Of a stretch of DNA of 64,000 bases, positions 1 through 8,173 are shown piece after piece. How positions within the stretch are numbered: position 1 is the stretch's first letter; every line of letters begins with the position of its first letter. Source of the stretch: Nitrosopumilaceae archaeon (lineage in GTDB: Archaea; Thermoproteota; Nitrososphaeria; Nitrososphaerales; Nitrosopumilaceae); the NCBI GenBank assembly GCA_965214835.1, contig CBDCCK010000002.1:64001-128000 (forward strand), read 5' to 3'. The translations under genes were made by a program, and so were the position numbers. Under the pieces are notes generated by a model. The model worked only from the letters and a program-made list of their open reading frames with translations, was not told the origin of the DNA and searched no databases.

Positions 1-866
1 ACGTTATCATCGCTTATCTGGACGAATATGCTGCCCTCCTCGTGCAGTAGCGTCCTAGACAAATGCAGTCGGTCTCGCATGTACGTCAGATAGGAGTGTA
101 TCCCGAGCTCCCATGTGTCACGAAACGCCCTTATAGTCTCCGGATCCTTTGACAGATCCTCGTCCTTATCGCCCACCCCCTTCTTGTTGACATCGGACTG
201 AAAGTTTGACTTGTAATCAATCCCGTACGGGGGATCAAAGTATATCATCTTGACCTTGCCTTCCATCCCCTCCTTTTCTATCAGCGAGTTCATTATGTTC
301 AGCGAGTCACCTGCAATGAGCCGGTTGGTCCAGTCGTACTCGTGCTCGTAAAAGGATATGGCCTTGGAATATGGAAGCGTCCTCTGTCCGTCGTCGAAAA
401 AATCCGTCATGCTGGACTGCTCCTGAAGATCCCTTCTTGTAAGGTTCAGAATCAGGGTCATCGGATCCACCTTCTCGTGCATGTGTAGTGGCACGGTATC
501 CACGTCAAACTCCTGCCGTTCTTCCCTACCTGCCCAGTACAACGCAGGACTCTGGTTGGGGTCGTACCGGTACCGTTGTGGCCTGTCATCATCCTTAAAG
601 TTTGCAAAAAGCCCGGTTTCAGGAATGTTCTTGCGCTTCTCGTTGCTGTGGACATATCTGCCGGCTTGGACTCTGGTCTTTCCAGCGAGCTTGGATCCAT
701 CGGATCGTCGGGATTTTTTTCTCTTACCGGATGATCTGCCGTCTGGTGATCCTTTTTGATCAAAAGCTTGGGAATCGGGCGATTTGCCACTTCTACCCGT
801 TTTTCTAGAATTATAACTGTCTGTTTTTCGCGGTCTGCCACGGCCTCGGTACGAGGTCGTAGCCAT
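1..866 (-). CDS. Adenine-specific DNA methyltransferase (type III RM Mod-like), 3' part runs off the window
   Basis: Manual translation: MATTSYRGRG...WTNRLIAGDSL...GKVKMIYFDPPYGIDYKSNFQ. DPPY catalytic motif; AAGGAGG upstream of ATG at 866. Not in the supplied ORF track because it has no stop in the window. Confidence 0.9.
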   Translation of the reverse strand, partial: MATTSYRGRGRPRKTDSYNSRKTGRSGKSPDSQAFDQKGSPDGRSSGKRKKSRRSDGSKLAGKTRVQAGRYVHSNEKRKNIPETGLFANFKDDDRPQRYRYDPNQSPALYWAGREERQEFDVDTVPLHMHEKVDPMTLILNLTRRDLQEQSSMTDFFDDGQRTLPYSKAISFYEHEYDWTNRLIAGDSLNIMNSLIEKEGMEGKVKMIYFDPPYGIDYKSNFQSDVNKKGVGDKDEDLSKDPETIRAFRDTWELGIHSYLTYMRDRLHLSRTLLHEEGSIFVQISDDN

Positions 867-1000
867 CAGAAACCGGCCTCCTTAGAGGGATGGTGTGAGA
901 GTTGGGTTTTGGATTCGGATCTTATGCTGGGCGGTATGAGATCAAACGAACTGACTCCATAGGAATGCCTGCATCCGGGACGCATCCAATTTTCTGTATT

Positions 1001-1110
1001 GGAGTCTTGTGGAGTCTTGTGGAGTCTTGTGGAGTCTTGTGGAGTCTTGTGGAGTCTTGTGGAGTCTTGTGGAGTCTTGTGGAGTCTTGTGGAGTCTTGT
1101 GGAGTCTTGT
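1001..1110. repeat. Perfect 10-bp tandem repeat (GGAGTCTTGT) x11
   Basis: Directly visible; lies in the upstream region of the methyltransferase gene. Confidence 0.98.
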
Positions 1111-1292
1111 GGAGTTATCGAGCATACTACAATGGGGGATGAAATTGTCTGACATTTTAATCTTCAAAACCATACATGAACACAACATGTGTGTGTATTA
1201 AAATCTCCCTAGCATGACAGATTACCCTCTCTCACTGCAGTACACTGGTAAATCTTCGTGGTTTTTCAGCAGGGTGTTAAGTTGGGGGTTTA

Positions 1293-1382
1293 TAGCGGGG
1301 AGTAGATTTGAACTACTGATTTGCGGGTTATGAGCCCGCCGGGATGACTTAGCCCAAAAGCGTCTGACTTCCCCACCCCGCT
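1293..1382 (-). tRNA. Initiator tRNA-Met(CAT) with 15-nt D-loop intron (1349-1363)
   Basis: A1-U72, GGG/CCC anticodon stem, CTCATAA loop, TTCAAAT T-loop. Bulge-helix-bulge GA/TC - AGTC/GGCT with AGA and AAG bulges; splicing restores the D-loop GG and a 75-nt length. Confidence 0.92.
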
Positions 1383-1785
1383 GAATCATCAATTTGTTTG
1401 GGCAGTATATACTTTTTATCAAACCCTGTTATGTTTGTTTTATACAGAAATTTAGTCCAATATTTTGAGAAAAACTAATGAATACTTTGCCCTTTACCAA
1501 TCAAGAAAAACGATGAAAAAAGACCATCCCGCACAATCAGAAACCCATCCAGTGTCTTTCAAACCATTTGCCCTAGTCAACATGTATCAAACAACGTTTC
1601 AGATAAACCTGACGGCTTTTACCGTGTGATCAAGACCGTGATACACGTTGCCGGCGCCTGATTCGATCAGGGTTTTGAGAAAAACGGAGGTGGCGCCTCT
1701 CACATGCGTGCACACCAGCATCCCTCTGCCTGCAAGCGAGTCCGGACATACCTTCCGCATGGAATGAATGATCCTCATGCCATAA

Positions 1786-2508
1786 TCATCTCTTCCGCAT
1801 TACGGTCTCCCACTGCGACCACGTGCCCGTCTTTGGGCCGTCCCGCTCGGTCACCTGCTCGCATGGCGCGACCACGTACTCAAAGTCCGCGCACAGCCAG
1901 TCCAGCTCCCGGCGCGAATAGAAGTGTACGTTAAGCCCCCTCTTCGGGCCGTCCTTATACAGGACAGTAAAGCCCCCCACATCATCCCGCTCTGTCACCT
2001 CGTGATCAAAATAGACGTCCGTGGATGCGGAATTTACGCGCAAAAAGAACAGGCCGCCGGATCTCAGCATTCTTGAGACCTTTTCAAAGTATTCCCGGAC
2101 CTGTGCCCCCGTCCCGTGCTGGAACACCTGTATCGACACTATGTAATCCAGCAGTTTCTCCGGACAGTCTGCAAAGTCCATACAGGACAGCCTGCCTGCC
2201 AGATCCGGTCTCCGTTCGGACAGCTGCCTTATTGCCACAGGCGAGACGTCGATGCCGCGAATTCCCAGTCCAGCGTCGGCAAGAGGGACAAAATTCCTCC
2301 CATTGCCGCATCCCACATACAGTCCGTCTCCACAACCTGGCCCGGCGATGTCCTCGGCGGACCCGCCTACGAGCGTGTCGACTATCCTGTCGGTGAAAGC
2401 TATGCTTGGCACGTCTGAATATTTTCCATCTGCATACTGGGCATCCCATCTCTGCGACACCAAGTCGTCATCCACCACATACACTCTGCCGTGATGACTA
2501 TTTAGCAA
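1786..2508 (-). CDS. Class I SAM-dependent methyltransferase
   Basis: LYVGCGNGRN motif I, GIDVS motif II, LRSGG.F post-II motif. Confidence 0.85.
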   Translation of the reverse strand: MLNSHHGRVYVVDDDLVSQRWDAQYADGKYSDVPSIAFTDRIVDTLVGGSAEDIAGPGCGDGLYVGCGNGRNFVPLADAGLGIRGIDVSPVAIRQLSERRPDLAGRLSCMDFADCPEKLLDYIVSIQVFQHGTGAQVREYFEKVSRMLRSGGLFFLRVNSASTDVYFDHEVTERDDVGGFTVLYKDGPKRGLNVHFYSRRELDWLCADFEYVVAPCEQVTERDGPKTGTWSQWETVMRKR

Positions 2509-2616
2509 TTACATCCAACAGTCAGCAGGCCAAAACGCAAGCCACTCCCTCGCTCCATGACACGCCATTTCGTCAGGATGCAGTCTGACAGACAAACCGT
2601 CATGATTATGGGTTTG

Positions 2617-2687
2617 TGGACCCCCCGGGAATCGAACCCGGACCTCTCGGGTCTTAATCGAGCGTATTCCCATTATACTAGGGGCCC
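2617..2687 (-). tRNA. Atypical tRNA: anticodon AAG, short variable arm, G3-U70/A73 acceptor
   Basis: GGGCCCC TA GTAT AATGGGA ATAC G CTCGA TTAAGAC CCGAG AGGT CCGGG TTCGATT CCCGG GGGGTCC A folds as a cloverleaf with one A-C mismatch in the anticodon stem. Confidence 0.75.
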
Positions 2688-2719
2688 ACAAGGTTTAAAA
2701 TGCAACATTCTCTATAATC

Positions 2720-2736
2720 CTCGGGTCTTAATCGAG
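2720..2736. repeat. 17-bp direct repeat of the tRNA anticodon arm (copy of 2646-2662)
   Basis: CTCGGGTCTTAATCGAG is identical at both sites; adjacent TAGTACA/TGTACTA hairpin. Confidence 0.95.
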
Positions 2737-2749
2737 TAGTACAGCATTG

Positions 2750-3970
2750 TACTAGCCTTTTTTTCTAATTAAAAACAACAGGAAATTCCAGCCAAACCGC
2801 CCCCAAAAGTTCAAGGCATCATACTCCCAAAAACCAGAACGCCAAATCAAGCCACACAGTCGCGGCACAGGTCCAATCCTGCCGGCAGCCATGCAGTTCC
2901 CAAAACACCAGTTCTCCCTCCCCTGGCAGGCCCATACGGTGCACATCCCCCAAACCCGCCCCATAAAATTCAAAACACAAAACCAAAAACCGCGCCGCCC
3001 TGCAAAGCAGAAAACACGCATGACACGCCGCCGTCACGCCTCTGCCATACAAGTTCAAGCTCCAGTCAAAATTCAAAACAAAAAATTAAAAATTCAAAAT
3101 TCAAAAAGGCGGGCCCTGCGCGCAAAATTTCAGCCCGGAATGAAATTAAAATTTCAAATCAAATCAAAATTAAAAAAGGCGGGGCGCTGCGCCGCCAGTC
3201 AGAACGTATTCTGAAAAAGCCAGGGCTGTAACTTTAAGGCATAGGCAATCATACAAAGTCGTAACTTTAAGTCGCAGGCACCGTCTGGCAGAAAAACGGA
3301 ACCTGCCGAAAAATGGCATCCTGATATGGAAGGCTGCAGGAAGTCACAGTCTGGCATCCGGACTGAACGGGCACAAAGTCAAAACAAGACAGGATTAGGC
3401 AGGCCTGAAGCGTCAAATTCACTGCCCGGAATCGACAGATAAAATCAAACTTTTCAATAAAAGTCAGAAATGCGGGGGGCCTCCTCAATAAAATTGTATA
3501 ATAAATTGAATTTGAAGTGAAATTTTTGAAATGAAATTTTTGAAATGAAATTGGAATTTTGAATCTGGACGGGGCGCCTGGGGGCTGCTTCCAGTGCGGT
3601 GAAGTGCATCCCGGTATGAAATCAGCCTGCAGATGCCAGGACTTTCATGCAATCCTGGGAAATAGGGGAAAGGAAAAGTCAGAAATCAAACGGGGGTATA
3701 AAATTAAAAAAAATGAAAGCTGAGGATATTACAATTGTCGCAGGTGAGGCTGAAATCATACGCAATGGAGAAAATTCAAAATCAGGCGGGGGTATAAAAT
3801 TACAAAAAAAATAAAAAAATTCAAAATCAAACGGGGGTATAAAATTGCAAAAAAAATAAAATTTTTCAGAAAAGGCGCGCGGGGCCTGGAATTTTTACGG
3901 GGGTATAAAATTTTGATGCGGTAAAAATTGGAATGGGGGATAATTAAATTGGACGGGGGTATAACTTGCG
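2750..3970. other. AT-rich, A-skewed non-coding region with repeated GGGGGTATAA(AATT) motifs; candidate origin or control region
   Basis: Motif near 3692, 3788, 3833, 3899 and 3955 (variant near 3935); many AAATTCAAAA-type tracts; no credible ORF. Confidence 0.55.
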
Positions 3971-3998
3971 GACTATGACAAATTCAGCACCTAAAAAA

Positions 3999-4403
3999 TC
4001 AGGAGGCAGGCACCTGCAGTGTAACACGTCCGGCCTTTATACCGGCCTCTATTTTGTCCCCCCTGCCGGCCCCGAGGGCGCGTATGTACTCCACCGGAAT
4101 GGTCACCCTGGTGGTATAGTAGCTCTGGGTCTTGTAGGTGCGCGTCCTCTTTGTCCTTACGGTTACGGGGACGTATCCTGAGGATGCCGGTGGTTCTGCG
4201 TGCAGCGTGATTGTGCGGCCGCGCAGCACGGCATAGAGCGTCATGTCGTCATGCAGCCGGGCCTGTCCTGCCGTCTCTGACGGTATGGTGACCGTATACG
4301 TATCGTGCGTAAAGACGCCGGCAGGCTCTGTCTTTTTCTTGCGGTGGGCGCACAGCACTGGCATCACACATACGTGAATGCCGCAGGATTTAAGACTCGG
4401 CAT
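3999..4403 (-). CDS. AbrB/MazE/SpoVT-like DNA-binding protein (two repeats)
   Basis: TYTVTIPSETA... and TRVTIPVEYIRALGAGRGDKIE swapped-hairpin signatures. Confidence 0.7.
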   Translation of the reverse strand: MPSLKSCGIHVCVMPVLCAHRKKKTEPAGVFTHDTYTVTIPSETAGQARLHDDMTLYAVLRGRTITLHAEPPASSGYVPVTVRTKRTRTYKTQSYYTTRVTIPVEYIRALGAGRGDKIEAGIKAGRVTLQVPAS

Positions 4404-4848
4404 GGCAGGGCGGCTCCAGGGCCTCTACGATAATGTCGGTTTTCGTGTCGGCGTAGAGGGATGCCAGTAGCCTGACGTCTCTGATGAGGCGCCTTGCGCA
4501 GGATATGTGTATCCTGGAGGTGCCGGTGCGGCGCTTGAGGAACACGCTGACGGGCGCCCCGGGCATCGCGTCAGACAGGTGCGCCTTGAGGGCCTTGCTC
4601 CTGACTGACAGGTCAAGCGAGGAGACCTCGCCGCGCCTCTCCGGGTACCTGTCCGGAAGCGCCTCCAGGGGCGTCCCGGTCTGCCTTGAGGCGCGCCTCA
4701 TAGCGCGGCTGAGCCTGAAGCTGGCCCTGCCGCAGAACGGAACCTGCACGGCTCCGTTGCGGCTGCCCGCCGGTGCGGGCTGGCTGTGTGCCGTCCCAAG
4801 CTGGACGGTCGTCTGTTGCTGCTGTAGGTTTGATGATGATTTTTTCAT
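4390..4848 (-). CDS. Hypothetical protein
   Basis: 152-aa ORF, GGAGG upstream, overlaps the next gene start. Confidence 0.6.
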   Translation of the reverse strand: MKKSSSNLQQQQTTVQLGTAHSQPAPAGSRNGAVQVPFCGRASFRLSRAMRRASRQTGTPLEALPDRYPERRGEVSSLDLSVRSKALKAHLSDAMPGAPVSVFLKRRTGTSRIHISCARRLIRDVRLLASLYADTKTDIIVEALEPPCHAES

Positions 4849-5095
4849 ATCATCCTCCCGGCCTTTCGGCCTTTTGTCGTCTGGACCGCAGCATATTCTG
4901 CGGCCCTTGCGGGATCCCGCCTACGTATGGTGACGGGATCTGCGGCACGGCGTGATATATGTCATTCCGTGCCCGGTGTGGATCCGGCACGCGGGCCGGA
5001 GATTCCGTGGTGCGTATGGGGGATCGCCCCTGCGGCGCCGGACACTGTATGATGCCGGCGCAGTCTGTCAGGGGTGTGATTGCTTTCTTTCTTTT

Positions 5096-5280
5096 TCCCC
5101 GACCATGCGGTCACGTGCCGGAATGATCCGGCACGTGATACGGCGTGCACGGGTGCCTCCGCATGGAGGAATCACCGCGTGTACGCGCATGCATGGTTTC
5201 GGCAAGACCCTCAAGGGATCAAGCCAACCCGGCAGCCTGAGGCAGCCGAGCTTCCGGAATATCCGGAATCATCAGGAGGA
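5096..5280 (-). ncRNA. Expanded type I hammerhead-like ribozyme, copy 1
   Basis: UCCUC-CUGAUGA-[two inserted hairpins]-GGC..GCC-GAAAC-CAUGC..GCAUG-GUC-GGGGA. Confidence 0.65.
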
Positions 5281-5386
5281 TTTGTTCCTGTGACACAGGG
5301 GCTTGCACCCTGCAGCGGCCGGAACCTGGCAGTGTCCGGCCTGTTTGCGAGAAAAGACAACGTTGTACTTTTTGACGCTTCTCTTT

Positions 5387-5554
5387 TCCCCGACCATGCC
5401 GTTTCTGCCCGAATGAGATCCGGACAGAAAACGACCGCGCCGTCCCAGTAGGAGCGGTGCAGTCTGCATGGTTTCGGCAAGACCCTCAAGGGATCAAGCC
5501 ACCCGGCAGCCTGAGGCAGCCGAGCTTCCGGAATATCCGGAATCATCAGGAGGA
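5387..5554 (-). ncRNA. Expanded type I hammerhead-like ribozyme, copy 2
   Basis: Same core and stems as copy 1; the stem III interior is unrelated but the closing CAUGC/GCAUG is retained. Confidence 0.65.
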
Positions 5555-5849
5555 TTTGTTCCTGTGACACAGCGATGAATCGCTGCAATGCCGGCAAGTG
5601 CCGGCACAAGGTGGGGAGAGGCTAGTCTGCCATCCCCAAAAGGTATGAAGTACGGGATCATACCGCAGCCACGGTGGCGCGGATCATCCGTACAGTTGGT
5701 TTGTCGTATGCGACCAAGTTGCCATCAGGGTCAGCGACACAGGACTCCTACTCTGGGAGCGCGTCGCCGATGCCGTTCTGTATTGATACGGCATCAATCA
5801 GTGACGGCATCATCCAAACCAGAGTGGCCGCCATGTCCCACGTGTGCGT

Positions 5850-6134
5850 CTAAAGGTCGGACTCATTTGCCTCTAATGCCTTGGCAAGACGGTCGCCCAT
5901 GTCCATCACAGACCAGATCATTACAAGTCCAACTCCCCAGAGGGTGAGAAGGATGGATCCGCCCACTGCAAATGAGGGGTCGATACGGGAGAGGGACATC
6001 AGCATGACAGCCCCCGCAATGCCGATCACCACAAAGATGGCATTCCGTAGTCTGACAGTAGAGTCCCTGCCACTTTTTTCCGCCTTGCTTCCGGCTGCAT
6101 CATTCTTTGATTCTTGAGGCATTAGGTCATTCAC
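5850..6134 (-). CDS. Small two-TM membrane protein (paralog family)
   Basis: Two hydrophobic segments, GLVMIWSVMDMGD motif shared with neighbours. Confidence 0.7.
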   Translation of the reverse strand: MNDLMPQESKNDAAGSKAEKSGRDSTVRLRNAIFVVIGIAGAVMLMSLSRIDPSFAVGGSILLTLWGVGLVMIWSVMDMGDRLAKALEANESDL

Positions 6135-6152
6135 ACTCCAACATGCTTCCGG

Positions 6153-6320
6153 CTACAACTTGGCCTCTATCCTCTTGAGGATGGAGGTCATCTCAGTCAG
6201 CGACGACTTCATCTCAGCTTGAGAGGCCACTATCTCCTTTAGATACTTTCGGCTTTTGCGGCCATCTTTGAGTACTGACTTTTTGAGCTGGTTGCCTACA
6301 TCCATCGTCGTCCAGGACAT
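6153..6320 (-). pseudogene. Truncated paralog of the two-TM/coiled-coil family
   Basis: MSWTTMDVGNQL...IVASQAEMKSSL matches the C-half of 6390..6878; in-frame TGA where the paralog has GGA. Confidence 0.6.
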
Positions 6321-6389
6321 TACAAGTCATACACATGCGATGGTAATAAGGGGTTTGAGACCATGAAAAAGATAGATAACGGCCGGTAT

Positions 6390-6878
6390 TTACTTTCGAA
6401 GCAGGTCTCTGATGTCCTTCAGCGTCGAGGTCATCTCGCCCTGCGACGACTCTAGGTTCTTCAGCGTCGAGGTCATCTCGCCCTGCGACGACTCTAGGTT
6501 CTTCAGCGTCGAGGTCATCTCGCCCTGCGACGACTCTAGGTTCTTCAGCGTCGAGGTCATCTCGCCCTGCGAGGCAGCTATGGCCTTTAGGTACACCTCG
6601 TTCTTCAGGCCGACCCTCTCGACTGTCTCCATGAGCTTGTCACCTATATCCATCGTAGTCCAGGACATTACAAGTCCTACGCCACCGATGATAATAAAGG
6701 CTATTCCCTCGACTACGAGGAATTGGTTGCCAAGCCAGCCAATCCCCAGCATGGCAAACCCTGCACCGACGATCACCGAAAAGATCACGTTCTGGCGCCG
6801 GATGGCGTACTCCCTGATCCTTTCCTTCGTTTCCTGTCTCATTGCATCATCCTCCGTGATATCCTGCGTGTGCTGCAC
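6390..6878 (-). CDS. Two-TM membrane protein with 42-bp tandem coiled-coil repeats (SQGEMTSTLKNLES)
   Basis: Hydrophobic helices plus about 3.5 exact 14-aa repeats; the true start may be downstream (MRQETK). Confidence 0.8.
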   Translation of the reverse strand: MQHTQDITEDDAMRQETKERIREYAIRRQNVIFSVIVGAGFAMLGIGWLGNQFLVVEGIAFIIIGGVGLVMSWTTMDIGDKLMETVERVGLKNEVYLKAIAASQGEMTSTLKNLESSQGEMTSTLKNLESSQGEMTSTLKNLESSQGEMTSTLKDIRDLLRK

Positions 6879-6902
6879 GGCCGGAACCCGGCGACCGAGG
6901 CA

Positions 6903-7454
6903 TCAGTTTGCAGCCTCCGTCCCTTCTTCCTCCTTTTGGTCCATGTATTCGGCCATCTCATACTCGATGACCTCGTGAAACGACTCCCACAGGGACTCGG
7001 AATCATACAGGGCCTCCAGGCAGACGTCGAATATGGCAGACAGCTCGTCCTCTGTCGGGGCGCGATCGTAGGCGCGTCTGAACTTTTCGTCGATGTTCTC
7101 CCAGTACAGCCTCATTACGGGCCTTGATTCTGGCTTTCTCGTGCCGTCCTTTCCGATCTCCTTTTTACCTCCCCTTCCGGCAATGCCGCCTGCATCCATC
7201 GTAACCCATGATACCACGAGTCCTGCGACGCCGACTGCACTGCCGAAGATCCCCGCGATCATGGGCACGGGGCTGGAGGCATGGGGGGTCAGGGCCAGCA
7301 GGGCAATGCTGGCCGCGAGGGTGAATCCATAGAGGACGTTGCGGCCCCTGGTAACGTATGCCCTGACCCTTTCCTGAAGGCCAGGCACCGCCTCGTCGTT
7401 ACTGCCGGCAGTCAACAGCGTATGATGCGCGGCCCGACGCCGGTTCCCAGGCAC
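6903..7454 (-). CDS. Hypothetical: two-TM region joined to a small helical-family domain
   Basis: GLVVSWVTMD membrane motif followed by LYWENIDEKF..PTEDELSAIF; start uncertain. Confidence 0.55.
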   Translation of the reverse strand: MPGNRRRAAHHTLLTAGSNDEAVPGLQERVRAYVTRGRNVLYGFTLAASIALLALTPHASSPVPMIAGIFGSAVGVAGLVVSWVTMDAGGIAGRGGKKEIGKDGTRKPESRPVMRLYWENIDEKFRRAYDRAPTEDELSAIFDVCLEALYDSESLWESFHEVIEYEMAEYMDQKEEEGTEAAN

Positions 7455-8158
7455 ATCGCGCAGTCCTTGCCTTCTATCATGTCATCGTCGCCTGACACCT
7501 CGCAGTGGACGCATCCGGCCTGGTCGCCGTCGCACCGCGCGCACCGCTTGAACATCCCGTCACCAAGGCAGTTGGGACACGGCTCAAGCGGGCCGCCTGC
7601 AAATTCCGTGTGCTCAAGGCTGAACACCTCGGTTATCTTCTGGCGGCACCGGAGGCACGTGTACGTCTTGGTCATGATGTCATGCGTGCGGCTCCGCGTC
7701 CCGTCGTCGTCGGCAAAGTGGATTCCGGCGCGCAGTGCGTCTGCAGGCGAGTTGTAGCTGACCGTCTGACTGCGAGAGTCATACTCGTGGTTTTCCCCGC
7801 CATGGCACTGAGCGGGATCGTCGTTGTCAGGAAAGACGTACAGCGGGTCGTCGATGCCAAGCGCGGAGTTGATGTGCTCGTCGTTGGCATACCTGTCAAG
7901 GATTTCCCTGACTTCAGACGACAGGCCGCCGTAGCTGCACAGCTCCGAGTTGGAGTCCAGCAGCTCGGCCAGCAGCCGCGATCTCTCCGCGACGGTCATG
8001 TCGTTCCATCTGTCCTGAAGGCGGGCATCCATTACCGGCTGCCCCCTGCGTGTGTTTGTTTGCAATTCATGGTTTTTTCCTCCATTGTATGTGGTGAAAT
8101 GCGCCACCCCACAAGTGGGGGGGGCTCCCGGATGCGGCAGTAGCAGGCACCGATGCAT
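7412..8158 (-). CDS. Hypothetical protein with C-terminal CxxCxGxG zinc-finger repeats
   Basis: CPNCLGDG, CARCDGD, CAMCLGTG; likely start at MDARLQ. Confidence 0.65.
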   Translation of the reverse strand: MHRCLLLPHPGAPPTCGVAHFTTYNGGKNHELQTNTRRGQPVMDARLQDRWNDMTVAERSRLLAELLDSNSELCSYGGLSSEVREILDRYANDEHINSALGIDDPLYVFPDNDDPAQCHGGENHEYDSRSQTVSYNSPADALRAGIHFADDDGTRSRTHDIMTKTYTCLRCRQKITEVFSLEHTEFAGGPLEPCPNCLGDGMFKRCARCDGDQAGCVHCEVSGDDDMIEGKDCAMCLGTGVGPRIIRC

Positions 8159-8173
8159 CGATACTGCGGTCCA

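Noticed and set aside
458-841. ORF 458..841 as a gene
   Set aside because: Alternative frame overlapping the methyltransferase that starts at 866
902-1201. ORFs 902..1201 and 922..1188
   Set aside because: Open only because they cross the 10-bp tandem repeat
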